Source: a virus
Lineage: Duplodnaviria > Caudoviricetes
IMG/VR virus record: IMGVR_UViG_3300015608_003951
Coordinates: 32,001-96,000 of that record
Strand: one strand, 5' to 3'
DNA length: 64,000 nt
Shown: in pieces, positions 50,012 through 60,963 of the stretch
How the letters are laid out: each line of letters opens with the position of its first letter
Numbering within the stretch: the first letter of the stretch is position 1
Position numbers and translations under genes: made by a program
Notes under the pieces: generated by a model
Told to the model about the DNA's origin: nothing
The model's database searches: none
Seen by the model: only the letters and a program-made list of their open reading frames with translations

Positions 50012-51889
50012 ATGGCGGCTAACTTCACGATCAATCAGGCAGGTGGCGCCGGTGCCGGCACACTCGGCACCGCTAGGCCGAGTGGCATCTGGCGTGACGT
50101 AGCCGTGCAGCTGGTCGCAGCGGGTGCAGGCCCCTACATCTGGTCCTTGGTGAGCGCACCTCCCGGATCTTCCGCAACCCTTACGGGAAGCACGTCTTCT
50201 ACCGCCTCGTTCACGCCGGACGTGGCGACGTACCCCTACAGGGTCCGTCTCGTCACGGGGACCGGATCTGCCGCTAGCGAAAAGATCCTTGTCGTCTGTG
50301 CCACCAAAGATAACTCCGGTGTGGATGTTAACCGGGGGTGGTCCTATCCTGCGGCCAGGGAGGCGTTTGGGGAGGACAACTCCAGCTCTCCTGGAGGCAG
50401 CGACAACAGGGGCTACGCCCCCCGCATGGAAAACATCCTGGACGATGTCCTGTCTGTGCTGGGCGGGGGTAGCGGCGGGCCGGGGGCTATCGTCTACAGG
50501 CCTGAAGCAGGCTCTCCTGCTACAGGCGAGTACCTGACCTTCGCCGACGCGCTCGCTGCCGCTCAGGCAGTGCCAGGTGAAGTGAACCTCTACATCGACA
50601 CCTCGGACGCCAGCCCAGCCAGCATCCCCGCTGGCACGTACAACCTCCAGCGAAGGATCCGCTTGGTGGGCCTGAGGACCTCCACCGGCCCTTCAGTGGT
50701 CACCCTGGCGGACGGGTGCCACTTCGTCAACGCATGCTTGGTGGAGAACTGCACCCTCGTTGCCACGGTCTCCTCTGCGGTCTTCACCTCCTCGGGCGGA
50801 GGCTTGGACCTTGTCTTCAAGGACTGCATCTACGGCGAGGACGGCAACTCGTCAGACTTTTTTAGCCTCGCAACCGGGTCCACGCATCACATCCACCTGA
50901 TCAACTCCACGCTGTCCGCCAACACGCGAGAGCTGGCCACGGTGTCCACGGACAAGACCCTTTATATCGTGGCGGAGCAGTCCACTGTCGTGGATGGTCT
51001 TGTGGCGGGCAGCGCGGGCGACCTGTGGCTCACGCAGGACGCTGGCAGCGATTGCCAGGACCAGTCAGGGTTCTCCGGAACGTCGCATCGAGCCGACCAG
51101 GTGCTCGATCAGCTCGGTGCCGCTACCCGAGACTTCAGCGTTAACGGGAAGGAGATCCTGAATGCTGCGACGCCTACCGCAGACTCCTCGGTAGCTACCA
51201 GGGGGTTCGTCAAGACGCAGTACCCGAACGGCTCACTCTCGAAGAGCATAGCCGCAGGAGGCACCATCACTCTGGGTGCGGGGGAGCACGAGGCCCATGT
51301 CCTGCGTCTCACGGGCGCTGCGGCATCGGATACCACTGTCGTGTTCCCAGCCACGGCAGGCCGGGAGTGGTTCGTCTGTAACGAAAGTACGGACAACAGC
51401 CGCATGGTCGTGCTCAAGGCCAGCGGCGGGTCCAAGACGATCTACCTGGGCCCCGGCTGTTCGCGACGTGTGACTGTGCGCAACGGGGAGCTGGACGACG
51501 ACGCAGGCGGTGTGGCCATCCTCATCAAGGTTCCGATCTCCCTGATCACGGTCGGTGCTGGACCCACGGACACGATACTTTGCAAGCTGCCTGCGGGGGT
51601 GAGTCTTCGCGGCACCACGGTTGCCGTGAGTGTCGCGGCGGTTGGCGGCACATCCACAGCCTCCATCGGGACCGCCCTTGCAGGGGTTGAGGTGCAACAG
51701 GCGGTTGTGCTGGGGGCTGCTGGCAGCTCCATCGGAGACGACTCCGGCACAGATTGGGGTACGGACATGTCTGCAACGGGGCGGCACACCTACGCCTCCG
51801 CCACGACGCTGTACTTCCGAAGCACCAGCAGTGCAGCGCTGTCTGACGGTGCGGTCGTGGTGACGGTCGAAGCGGTGGTGCTCCTGTGA
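50012..51889 (+). CDS. putative tail fibre/virion protein with PKD-like N-terminus
   Basis: YIWSLVSAPPGSSATL...SFTPDV..Y.VRL, then beta-helix-like and fibre-like regions. AGGAG SD. Confidence 0.6.
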   Translation: MAANFTINQAGGAGAGTLGTARPSGIWRDVAVQLVAAGAGPYIWSLVSAPPGSSATLTGSTSSTASFTPDVATYPYRVRLVTGTGSAASEKILVVCATKDNSGVDVNRGWSYPAAREAFGEDNSSSPGGSDNRGYAPRMENILDDVLSVLGGGSGGPGAIVYRPEAGSPATGEYLTFADALAAAQAVPGEVNLYIDTSDASPASIPAGTYNLQRRIRLVGLRTSTGPSVVTLADGCHFVNACLVENCTLVATVSSAVFTSSGGGLDLVFKDCIYGEDGNSSDFFSLATGSTHHIHLINSTLSANTRELATVSTDKTLYIVAEQSTVVDGLVAGSAGDLWLTQDAGSDCQDQSGFSGTSHRADQVLDQLGAATRDFSVNGKEILNAATPTADSSVATRGFVKTQYPNGSLSKSIAAGGTITLGAGEHEAHVLRLTGAAASDTTVVFPATAGREWFVCNESTDNSRMVVLKASGGSKTIYLGPGCSRRVTVRNGELDDDAGGVAILIKVPISLITVGAGPTDTILCKLPAGVSLRGTTVAVSVAAVGGTSTASIGTALAGVEVQQAVVLGAAGSSIGDDSGTDWGTDMSATGRHTYASATTLYFRSTSSAALSDGAVVVTVEAVVLL

Positions 51890-52731
51890 CCCCCCAACAG
51901 TACCCCGACCCCAGGCGCAAGCTTTGGCTCCCACCCCCCATGTTCGCGGCAGGAGCTGTGACATCAATCGTAGGTGGCGCCCACCGAAATGTGCTCGGTG
52001 GCCTGCCGCCCGGATACCAGGCCAGGTGGGTCCTCGGGGATCTATCCAAGATCTGGCAAGATAACGCGGGGACGACGCCTGTCGCCTCGAACAACGATCC
52101 TGTGAACAAGGTGGAGGATGTCAGCGGTAACGGCTTCCACCTCTACGGCTCGGGTGCCCCAGGTGGAATCGGGGCTACGTACAAGAACACCCTGGGCGAT
52201 AGTGGGACCTTGGGCGGCTGCTACCTGGACGCAAGCCTCGACCAGAGGTTGTACACCGCATCTCTGATCAACTCCTCCAACCAGACCACCTACTACATCT
52301 GGTTGAAGATCTTGGCCGGCGACGATGCCACGTTCCTGGCGCGCGCAGACTCCACCAGCGGATCCGCTCGCGAGTACATGTACTACGCGAGCCCCCCTGC
52401 GGGGGATGCGCTCGTTACCCGCGGCGGATTCTCGAGCGCGGGTGTCGTTGGCCAGTATCCCACGGCCGCGTACGGTCTTGTGTGCTTGACCATCGATCAC
52501 AACGAACGGCACACCTACCTCGATGACATGAGCACCCCTACGAAGAGCGCTACGAACGGGTTGGATATGTCCTTGGACAACTACCTTATGCTTAACGCCT
52601 ACTACATGAACGCCACCGCCTACGGGGGCACGATTTCCGTGTTGGAGGTGATCCTCTACGACACCGCGCACAGCTTCTCCTTGCGAAATCGCGTACGCGC
52701 TTATGGCACAGCTACTTACGGCACCCCGTGA
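51886..52731 (+). CDS. putative tail-associated lectin/LamG-like protein
   Basis: IWQDNAGTTPV..NNDPV..VEDVSGNGFH...ISVLEVILYD pattern. Confidence 0.55.
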   Translation: MTPQQYPDPRRKLWLPPPMFAAGAVTSIVGGAHRNVLGGLPPGYQARWVLGDLSKIWQDNAGTTPVASNNDPVNKVEDVSGNGFHLYGSGAPGGIGATYKNTLGDSGTLGGCYLDASLDQRLYTASLINSSNQTTYYIWLKILAGDDATFLARADSTSGSAREYMYYASPPAGDALVTRGGFSSAGVVGQYPTAAYGLVCLTIDHNERHTYLDDMSTPTKSATNGLDMSLDNYLMLNAYYMNATAYGGTISVLEVILYDTAHSFSLRNRVRAYGTATYGTP

Positions 52732-52739
52732 GGTTACAC

Positions 52740-54050
52740 ATGCATCTAGGTCTAAGTCTGGTGTCCGATGATGGAGAGAAGGGTTGGAGCCTGAAGGGCA
52801 TGGATCCCGCGGTCCTCGCCTGGGCTTACGAACTCAAGCCAAACACCGTTACCCCTGCCAGCGGCTCAGTCATGAATGACTGGGCTGAGGTGCGATCGGA
52901 TGTGGATCACCTCGTGGGCGGGGTGGGGACCTCACCGACGTACCAAGCTGCGCAGTTCGGGGGCAGGGCTCGACTCCTCTCCAAAGGGGTAGGGTACCTG
53001 CGTGGCACCGTCACCAAGGCGGCTACCCACATTTTCGCAGTGGGCTCCTACTACTATGGGGGCAGCCCTGTCGCATTCCCCTCGAACAACGGCCTTGTGA
53101 CGCTGAACAACAACGGGACCGGCATCATCCTGAGCGGGGAGCCCACCGGATTCTTCTCTAACTACCTGGGCAACGATGCGTACTACCTGGATGGAGTGTC
53201 GATATCCCCCGCGGCAGCCGTCCCTGGGCAAGAGGGCGTCGCCCATCTCTACGAGGTCGTCAAAGACGCCGGCATCAGCGGGGGCGCTGTCGTCGCGCTG
53301 ATGGACCGCCAGACGACCGATAGGTACTGGCCGGGAGCTATCCTCGCGACCATTGGGCTTTACAACCCGTCGCCCTCGGATGTGACTTCCGTGCGTGCTT
53401 ACCTGCAAAGCTACCTGTGCGGGTCTCTTGTTGTGGCCACGGGGGACTCCATCACCCAGGGTGTGAGGTCGGTAACGCCCAACTTGCGATGGTCCACCCT
53501 CGTGCGCGAGGCCTGGGGCAATACCGTCGATTTCGCCAACATCGCCCTCTCGGGCCAAGGTATCGGCACCTTCGCTGGACCCACGGCCACGTCTTCTATG
53601 CTGGATGGTGATCCTGCGAAGCTCGCCATCCCGGTGTTCAATGTGCGCAACAGGCGCAGGAAAGTTCTCGTTGTCTTTGCTGGAACGAACGACCTGGCAC
53701 TTGGGCGCACGGCCGCGCAGCTCAAGGCTGATATCGCTACCTACTGCACCGCACGCAAAGCAGAGGGCTGGAAGGTGGTGCTTGTCACCATCATCGATCG
53801 TCAGGACCTCGGCGGAGGGCAAGCTGCATTTGATGCAGACAGGGACGACCTGAACGACTTCATCATCAACGACACCTCGTCTTATGCGGATGCGGTGGTC
53901 GATCTAACGGTGGAGAGTGCTCTCAACGATGTGGGGGCTGCGTTGAACGCGACCAACTACCTGGACGACTTTGTGCACTTGAGCGCCACGGGCGAGTCCC
54001 TGGTCTCTGGCTACATCCGCACGGTGCTGGAGAACGTTCTGACAGCGTGA
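52740..54050 (+). CDS. tail-associated protein with C-terminal SGNH/GDSL hydrolase
   Basis: GDSIT, ALSG, AGTND and DFVH catalytic blocks. Start set at ATG 52740, downstream of an in-frame TTA at 52734. Confidence 0.8.
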   Translation: MHLGLSLVSDDGEKGWSLKGMDPAVLAWAYELKPNTVTPASGSVMNDWAEVRSDVDHLVGGVGTSPTYQAAQFGGRARLLSKGVGYLRGTVTKAATHIFAVGSYYYGGSPVAFPSNNGLVTLNNNGTGIILSGEPTGFFSNYLGNDAYYLDGVSISPAAAVPGQEGVAHLYEVVKDAGISGGAVVALMDRQTTDRYWPGAILATIGLYNPSPSDVTSVRAYLQSYLCGSLVVATGDSITQGVRSVTPNLRWSTLVREAWGNTVDFANIALSGQGIGTFAGPTATSSMLDGDPAKLAIPVFNVRNRRRKVLVVFAGTNDLALGRTAAQLKADIATYCTARKAEGWKVVLVTIIDRQDLGGGQAAFDADRDDLNDFIINDTSSYADAVVDLTVESALNDVGAALNATNYLDDFVHLSATGESLVSGYIRTVLENVLTA

Positions 54051-54062
54051 TAGGCTCTCCCC

Positions 54063-57000
54063 GTGGCACTGAACTGCTCGGGTACAGCGGTCTGGGGGTC
54101 CCTCTGGGGTTCAGGATGGGGCGGTTACCCTGCGTACACCCCGGGCGGAGTTGCGCCTACGTACGGCCCCTTCGATCTGTTCTGCTTTTGCGGCGATGCG
54201 ATCAAGGATCTGGCCACCTTCGAGGGTGTAGACCTTACGCCCGGCGACGTGTCTCACGGGGAGCCGTCGCCCCTAGGCTACTTGCTCACCTCTGCGGATG
54301 GCACGGCGTCGGAGGTGTTCGTAGATCGTGCGCTAGGCAGCGCCTGGACGCTTCAGGTCACGTTTGAGGTGGAGAGCGCTCCCCCCGATTTCAGCGCAGG
54401 CCACGCCTTGTTCTTTGGGGGTTACGACGACACGCTAGCCCCGGCGGGCATCTTTTTCAGTCAAGTGGGCCTGGCCTTCGGATCCACCTACGACGATTCG
54501 GCCTACGTGTTGCCCGACAGCGCGGGGCTGATCGTGAATGGTGAAACGTACGTCTTCAAGCTCGTGGTCGATGGGCCTGCTGAGACGGTCTACGTCTACT
54601 TGAGCACGCTGTCCGCATCGGAGGCCTCTGGTGGCCCCCTCTTGAGGTACGTGCTCCCCCTCGTGCGCCCCCTAGCCCTCCCCCTTCATCAGGAAGGGGC
54701 TTATGTCTACCTGGCAGGTAGCGGCCCGAGCCCTGCGCAGATCAACCTACTCACGTTCTGCATGGCCAACGCGGCCCTTATCGACAACTATCCTCCCGTT
54801 GCCGATGCCGGCAAGGATCAGGTGGTAGCCACGTGCTCTGTTATTCAGCTGGACGGCAGCAAGAGCGCGGACGTGGAGGGGGCCACGATCACTTACAAGT
54901 GGTATCTAACGGATGCCCCCCTGGGGAGTAAGTACGCTGATCTAGGGCAGGACGGCTCGGTGGTATCCACCCCCTTCAGCAACAAGCTGCACACGTCACA
55001 CGCACCAGCCGGAGCGGACCCCTTTGTTCAGCAGGCGGAGGACGTGCTGCTTTACAGGGGGTCCCCACACGTGATCTCAGGCGACGGTACGGACGGCGAT
55101 GGGGCTTACATTGAAGTGGCCTTGGAGGACCTTCCGGGAACCTACAGTGGTCAGGGGTTCAAAGTCGTTCGACAAGACGGCTTCCTGGTGCGGAATGCGG
55201 TAAAGCCGCAGTTCCTACCGGACGTACCGGGCTTCTATCGCTTCAGGCTTGTTGTCTCCGACGGCTCTCTCGACTCCAGCCCTTCGGACGTTTTGGTCAA
55301 CGTCATTGAGACGAATGCTCCACGGGGGGTAGTGCCCGACGGCTCGGTGTTCTGGGACTACATGAGCGACGTGGCGCGCCTTCTGGAGGACCAAGACCGT
55401 TTCGAGGTGCTATGGACCGGCCTCCTCCAGGTCATCGGCACGGAGCTCCTCTATGCGTGGCAGGTGGACTACAGCAAAGGCCTGAAGGACGTCCCCTCTA
55501 CGGTTTGCCGCAAGTGGCTGCACTACGAGCCTCTACTGCGCGAGCCCTTCCCCTACCTGTCCCGCTTCACCTCCTACTGGACCGGCCTCGACTCTGCGGC
55601 CCTGGCTGCTTCAGGCCTCAGCTACGACGGTACGGCGCTGGTGCTGTCCCTCCCCTACAGGAGCACACTCCTTCAGATCACCGTACCCAGCAAGCTCAGC
55701 ACCCCCGCCTTGCTGGCAGCCGGCATCCAGTCGCTCCTCCAGGACATTGACCCGAGGTTTACGGCAGCCGCTGTCCTCGATGGCGGGGACACCAAGGTCC
55801 GCATTTACGCGCCCTTCCCATTCTCCATCGTAGCCGGCACGACAGCCCCCTTCTCTGCGGGCAGTAACGCTTTGCTCCAAGGGAGCGCCGTGGACGTGCT
55901 GGGTCCGAAGAGCGTGCGTCTGGACCGCAGCCTCCAGGGCTTGGGCCTGAAGGCCGATGACCTCCTGTGCCTCAAGCTGATCGACGGGTCACTCTCGCTG
56001 TTCCGCCTTGCAGTGGTGCACGACAGCGAGAGTGACCCTGTACGCTTCTCCAGAGTACTGCTCAAGGACGAGCTCCCTGTCGGCGTGCCCTTGGACGGCG
56101 CTTGGGTGTTCCCCGGAGTCGTGGAGTCTCCCCAGCTAGACTTCTACAAGGGTCTGGTCGTGCAGGGGGATGCCGTGGTCTTGGAGCTCACGGACACGGA
56201 AGACGACACTGTGCACATCAACCAGCAGGCCATGGGCACGCACCCCTCCCTGCCGCAGAAGGTTGCGGTCTACCCGGACGCCCTGTACTTGGCTCAACTA
56301 GCGGCCCCCAGTCGTTTCACGCTGGCCCTGTGGGGTGTGTATCGCAAGGCGCATCTTCCCGTTGACGATGTAGTACAAGAAATCCCCTTCCTGCAACGAC
56401 TTATCCGCTCCACAGAAGATGAGATCCTCAGGGCCAATCTGGACTTCTTCCTCTCGGAGTTCCGGGGCCAGCGCTGCATCTCCTTCAACCAGGACATCTG
56501 GACCGGGTCTCCCGTTCCGCGGCTTTGGGCGGAGTACAGCTATCTGGACAATAGCAAGGTCATCGAGGCTAACTTCGGGGCGGCGGCTGGCCTCAAGGCC
56601 GAGGACTTGGCCGCCATCACGGACAATACGCCTTACCTGTCCGCGGTGCGTGGCCTGTGGTTTGCGTATGTGAAGGGCCCGCGCGTAGCAAACTTGCGTA
56701 TGGGCGCTCAGGTGCTCCTAGGCCTGCCCTTCGCTGAAGAGGCTGGTGAGGTTATCGATATCAACCCGCAGTACTCAAGCCGCCTCGGCAGGATCGTCTT
56801 GCGCGACACGACCAACGCCAAGATCGTGCGGACCTACACGTATCCAAGGGTCCTAGGCCTGGAGAAGAATCCGGCCACGGGGAAAGAGTACGGCGTGGGC
56901 GATAAGGTCCAGCAGTTTGCCCCTCTGGTCGAGGGCGTGGACGTTGTCGACTACATCAAGGACCCCACCTGGATCAAGCCGTTCCTGTCTCAGGGGGCGC

Positions 57001-57992
57001 TGATCGAGACGGATCGCTACCACCGCTTCGCGATTCGCATCGACATGGAGGCGTTTAACCTCCCCTCCCTTCAGTTCATCCGGGACTTTGTCAACAGGAT
57101 AAAACCGGCACGAACGGAGCCCCTGTTCCTGGTTCGTAGGTCAAGGCAGGCCTCCGACACCGTCGATGTGACGGACGACACCAGCTTCTTTGTGAAGCTT
57201 GCGCTCTACCTTTCGCCGCACACCCTCCCGCCCTGGGACCTGACTGCGACGGAACCCAACGAGGTCCTACGGGAGGGGTCTGCTGCGATGTTTGATCAGC
57301 CCTCTCCGAACCCTGTAGCTAGGGGCACCAGTTACGGGGCCATCGTGTCCTCCTTCGACCGGGATGGATCGCCTGACACGTCTGAACCTTCCCCAGGTGG
57401 CCCAGACGACACGATAGCCTGGGGCTTTGACCGTCAGTACATTCGCCCGGAGACCGGGCTGATCGCTACGCTTAGCCTGGATTATGACGGCGTGGCCTCC
57501 ATGACCCTTTTCCAGGATATCGCGGCCACGGATCAGCCCGTCCTGGCCAAGGACCCCCTGGTATTCTCTACCCAGTGGCTGGCTTCGGTCGTGAGGTCAG
57601 GTCAACAGATCCAGTACCCCCAACGCGCCAGCTCTGCGTTCACGGCTAACTACCTACAGGTGTACTTCCTGGGTACTCCGCCCACGGGTGGGTTCACTTA
57701 TACGCTGGCTGTGTACGTGAACGGCGTGCTGACCCTCAGCGTGGACTTGGCCCATGACTCCGGGGAGAACAGGTACGAGCTAGGCCCGTCGCCAGCACCT
57801 TCCCCGTTCCCCGTGACACCCTTTGCGCTAGGCACGATGGACGATGTGGTGGTTACGATCGCTCCGGCAGACAGCTCCCCCGCGCGCTACGGCCTGCATG
57901 GTGTAACCGTACTGCTGGGCGAAGGGGTAAGCTGGAGTCCTGGCGGCCCTGCGCTCTCTGCCGGCACCTACCTGACGAAGAGGACCCTGTGA
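54063..57992 (+). CDS. large baseplate/tail structural protein with PKD domain
   Basis: NYPPVADAGKDQ...IQLDGSKS.D...YKW...F.PDVPG.YRFRLVVSDG, and a wedge-like FVNRIKPART motif. Confidence 0.7.
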   Translation: MALNCSGTAVWGSLWGSGWGGYPAYTPGGVAPTYGPFDLFCFCGDAIKDLATFEGVDLTPGDVSHGEPSPLGYLLTSADGTASEVFVDRALGSAWTLQVTFEVESAPPDFSAGHALFFGGYDDTLAPAGIFFSQVGLAFGSTYDDSAYVLPDSAGLIVNGETYVFKLVVDGPAETVYVYLSTLSASEASGGPLLRYVLPLVRPLALPLHQEGAYVYLAGSGPSPAQINLLTFCMANAALIDNYPPVADAGKDQVVATCSVIQLDGSKSADVEGATITYKWYLTDAPLGSKYADLGQDGSVVSTPFSNKLHTSHAPAGADPFVQQAEDVLLYRGSPHVISGDGTDGDGAYIEVALEDLPGTYSGQGFKVVRQDGFLVRNAVKPQFLPDVPGFYRFRLVVSDGSLDSSPSDVLVNVIETNAPRGVVPDGSVFWDYMSDVARLLEDQDRFEVLWTGLLQVIGTELLYAWQVDYSKGLKDVPSTVCRKWLHYEPLLREPFPYLSRFTSYWTGLDSAALAASGLSYDGTALVLSLPYRSTLLQITVPSKLSTPALLAAGIQSLLQDIDPRFTAAAVLDGGDTKVRIYAPFPFSIVAGTTAPFSAGSNALLQGSAVDVLGPKSVRLDRSLQGLGLKADDLLCLKLIDGSLSLFRLAVVHDSESDPVRFSRVLLKDELPVGVPLDGAWVFPGVVESPQLDFYKGLVVQGDAVVLELTDTEDDTVHINQQAMGTHPSLPQKVAVYPDALYLAQLAAPSRFTLALWGVYRKAHLPVDDVVQEIPFLQRLIRSTEDEILRANLDFFLSEFRGQRCISFNQDIWTGSPVPRLWAEYSYLDNSKVIEANFGAAAGLKAEDLAAITDNTPYLSAVRGLWFAYVKGPRVANLRMGAQVLLGLPFAEEAGEVIDINPQYSSRLGRIVLRDTTNAKIVRTYTYPRVLGLEKNPATGKEYGVGDKVQQFAPLVEGVDVVDYIKDPTWIKPFLSQGALIETDRYHRFAIRIDMEAFNLPSLQFIRDFVNRIKPARTEPLFLVRRSRQASDTVDVTDDTSFFVKLALYLSPHTLPPWDLTATEPNEVLREGSAAMFDQPSPNPVARGTSYGAIVSSFDRDGSPDTSEPSPGGPDDTIAWGFDRQYIRPETGLIATLSLDYDGVASMTLFQDIAATDQPVLAKDPLVFSTQWLASVVRSGQQIQYPQRASSAFTANYLQVYFLGTPPTGGFTYTLAVYVNGVLTLSVDLAHDSGENRYELGPSPAPSPFPVTPFALGTMDDVVVTIAPADSSPARYGLHGVTVLLGEGVSWSPGGPALSAGTYLTKRTL

Positions 57993-58660
57993 AGAAACTC
58001 TACCGACCCATGGAAATCGAGGTGGTCAGCAACCTGACGCTCACCTCATTTGAGCGCGGCAAGCGCAAGCCAGGAGGGTCCCGCAGGCACACCCACAACA
58101 TCTTTCTTACGCTAGGTCGGGAGTGGCTTCCGGACGCCATCAGCTACTCCTCCTTGCCGGCAGGCAGCCCGCCGCCAGGCTTGCCTGTCACGAAGGCTGA
58201 TGACCGGGGGGTGCGCTTCATTGGCTTCGGGATTGGGGGGGCCCCTACGGGGGGCAACTCGGGGGCCAGTGCCGCGCCCTACGTCACGCACTACCCGGGC
58301 ACCAACGCCAACACGGACGACAACCCTGCCGTGCAGCGTTTGGAGCGTCCTGTTCGTGTCACGGGGGGCACCTCCCTCCCCCCTTACGACGCGGGGGACA
58401 TCTGGCTAGGTCAGGTGCAGGCCCCTGCCGTGAGGCCGACGACCACCTCTGTGAGGTTCACCAGGATCTTCCTGGAGACGGACATCAGCTACGGCCCGTA
58501 CACCTCTGTGCCGCTGTCGGAGATCCTCCTGGTGCTGCATTCCACCAGCGACAACTTCACGCATGTCCACAACAACACGGGGATCGCCTATGACGTGTTC
58601 CACGTCCTTCACAAGACCTCGGCCATTGTCCTCCAGGCCGACTGGGAGCTGAGGTTCTGA
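57989..58660 (+). CDS. putative baseplate/tail-fibre attachment protein
   Basis: HNIFLTLGREWL...FIGFGIGG...LSEI...KTS...DWELRF pattern. Confidence 0.6.
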   Translation: MKKLYRPMEIEVVSNLTLTSFERGKRKPGGSRRHTHNIFLTLGREWLPDAISYSSLPAGSPPPGLPVTKADDRGVRFIGFGIGGAPTGGNSGASAAPYVTHYPGTNANTDDNPAVQRLERPVRVTGGTSLPPYDAGDIWLGQVQAPAVRPTTTSVRFTRIFLETDISYGPYTSVPLSEILLVLHSTSDNFTHVHNNTGIAYDVFHVLHKTSAIVLQADWELRF

Positions 58661-60963
58661 TGTCTCACCCGGTCATTTTCCACCGACTGCGCGCTGGTAC
58701 CTGGATCGGTTGGCAGGCGCCACCCGACAACTCCAACAGCACGCAGGTCCAGATCAACGGTAAGAACTACAACTGGATCAACGTCCTGGCGGGGGGCGAG
58801 ACCGGCAACGCTGCTGTGGCGTCCTTGGCCAAGGCCGGCGGACCCAACCAGTACACCTACTTCCTCGGCTTCGGCGAGGACGCCGTCAGCTACTTCGTGA
58901 ACAGGGCGTTCTTCGCTCTGGCGGAGAACACGGACCTTCTGGATTCGGAGCTGAACCAGGACCAGCCCGTCCACTTCATGGGCTCCTTCACGCTGGCGGA
59001 CCCTGCTAACAACGTGGAGTTTGGGTACAGCGACATCTTCCTGGGCCCCGTGGGCACTGCGCTCAACTCGGCCACGCTTCCCAAGTACTTCCGGCTGCTC
59101 AACTCCGCGTATGACGAAGTGATCGACAGCGGCACCAACCAGACCGTGCAGGTTCAGGCGATCACGGGGGTGCCCACGTCTCCGGACCCGCCGTACATGG
59201 CGGACGTGCCCCTCGTCTTCAGCCACACCCTTCCCGCAGGCACGTACTACGTGGTCTGCGGCCAGCGAAGCGCGCTGTCCACATTGCACCGAGGGGACCT
59301 GCTGCCCCACAACATGGTCAGCGCTGCGCGCACCCCGGGCGTTATCCAGACCGTGTTGCGCGCCCTGCGCGGCGACTCGCTAGGGTACCTCAGCTCCTGG
59401 GACGCTACCGTCTATGCTCTGGCGCGTCGGGGCCTCAACGGCGCCTACAACAACACCTCTATCACCCCCGCTGTGCCCAGCGGCATGTCGGCCTACGGCT
59501 ACTCTACGGACAAGGATACCGCAGGGGCTGGAGGTGCCTTCCTGCGGGAAGGCCCCTCTGTGCAGGGTCTGAGTCGTCGGCACCTCGCCTCGAACAGTCC
59601 GTACACGGACCTTTTGGGAGCTCTCTACACCGCAACCCTGCAAGACGATGACATGGGTGACGGGGTAGGGGCTGGAGAGTTCGTGTCGGGCTCCCGGGGA
59701 TTCGTCTCCGTCGGTCAGCGCATCAGGTCGCTCAACAACGGCAGCACGGCCAGCACGCCGGCTCCGGGGCTACACCACTTCGCAGCGTTCACCGCGTTCC
59801 CAGACAAGAGGTCTACAACCACATCCACCCCTACGGTCCTGAATGTCCCTGTAGGGGTGACCCTCCAGAGGGTCTCTGGCGAGGATCGGGTGACCCTCAC
59901 GACCAGCGGTAACTGGTTCACCAAGACAATCAGCGCCGTCAACCGTACGTCGCTGGTGCTTGGGTGGAGCCTGTTGGAGATCGAGTGGGTAGACCCCTCC
60001 GACCCTCTGGCACCTAACACCACGGTTCGCAGGGTCTACCGTGTGATGTCCCTCCCCACGAGCACGCGAGCTCTGGTGTGTGCGGTGGACGGCTCGGCCT
60101 CCCCCCTTCCAGCGGTGGTGCGTGTCGGGACTCTGGTTCGCGTGCTTACCCCCACCTTCGGCGTCCTGGACGGGCTGGGCGAACTGCAAGACAAGCTGGC
60201 GCACCCCAGCGCCGCCTTGTTCGAGCACGGAAGTATGGTCTGCGTCTCCCTGCCCCAGAGCACGGATGACACCGCGGACCAGGTTCTTGCCGGAGATGGT
60301 GCCTACTTTGGCGCCTCCAACAACGCGGGCACTTACGCTGCCCTTCGCTGGGGCGGCTACAGGCTGGACTTGGGGGCCAGCGGCGGTAAGTACATCGTCC
60401 ACGCCAAGCTACTCGGCGACGGCAGCATCAACTGTCGCGACATTACCTGTCAGGCCATCACCGCGGCGGATGATTGCCACTTCGACCTGCTCTTCGCCAA
60501 CGCCATCAGCGTAGTGGGCGACGTGCAGTGCTCGGACATCGATGCGAACGACATCACCTGCCTCAACATCTATTGCAGCGGCACGATCAACGGGAGCGTT
60601 GCGGCTACGGCGATGAAGATGGTGACGGCTACGAAGGTGTGCAGCACACCCGGGTCGCAGATCCTTAATCTCACCTCGGACTTCGCTAGCGCTTCCCACG
60701 TCTACGTGCGCATGACGGCTAGCCCCGTCACCTTCAACAGCATCGGCCTGCCCACCTTTGCCTCCGGAACGGTCTTCCAGATCACCTTCTTCGAGGACGG
60801 CGGCGCTGGGCAGATCGAGAGCGGCGCCTGGAGCAGCGATGTGCTGTTCGAGAGCCCCGAAGACGGACTGTTGAGCGGGGTCACCGGGTCCATCGATACT
60901 TACAAGGGCCTTGTCCTACCTAGCGGCAAAATCCTCATGAGTGTGCAGAGGTACAGCACGTTA
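58660..60963 (+). CDS. putative tail fibre protein (ends at TTA, followed by TGA)
   Basis: Thr/Gly/Ser-rich with short beta repeats near the C-terminus. TTATGA junction. Confidence 0.6.
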
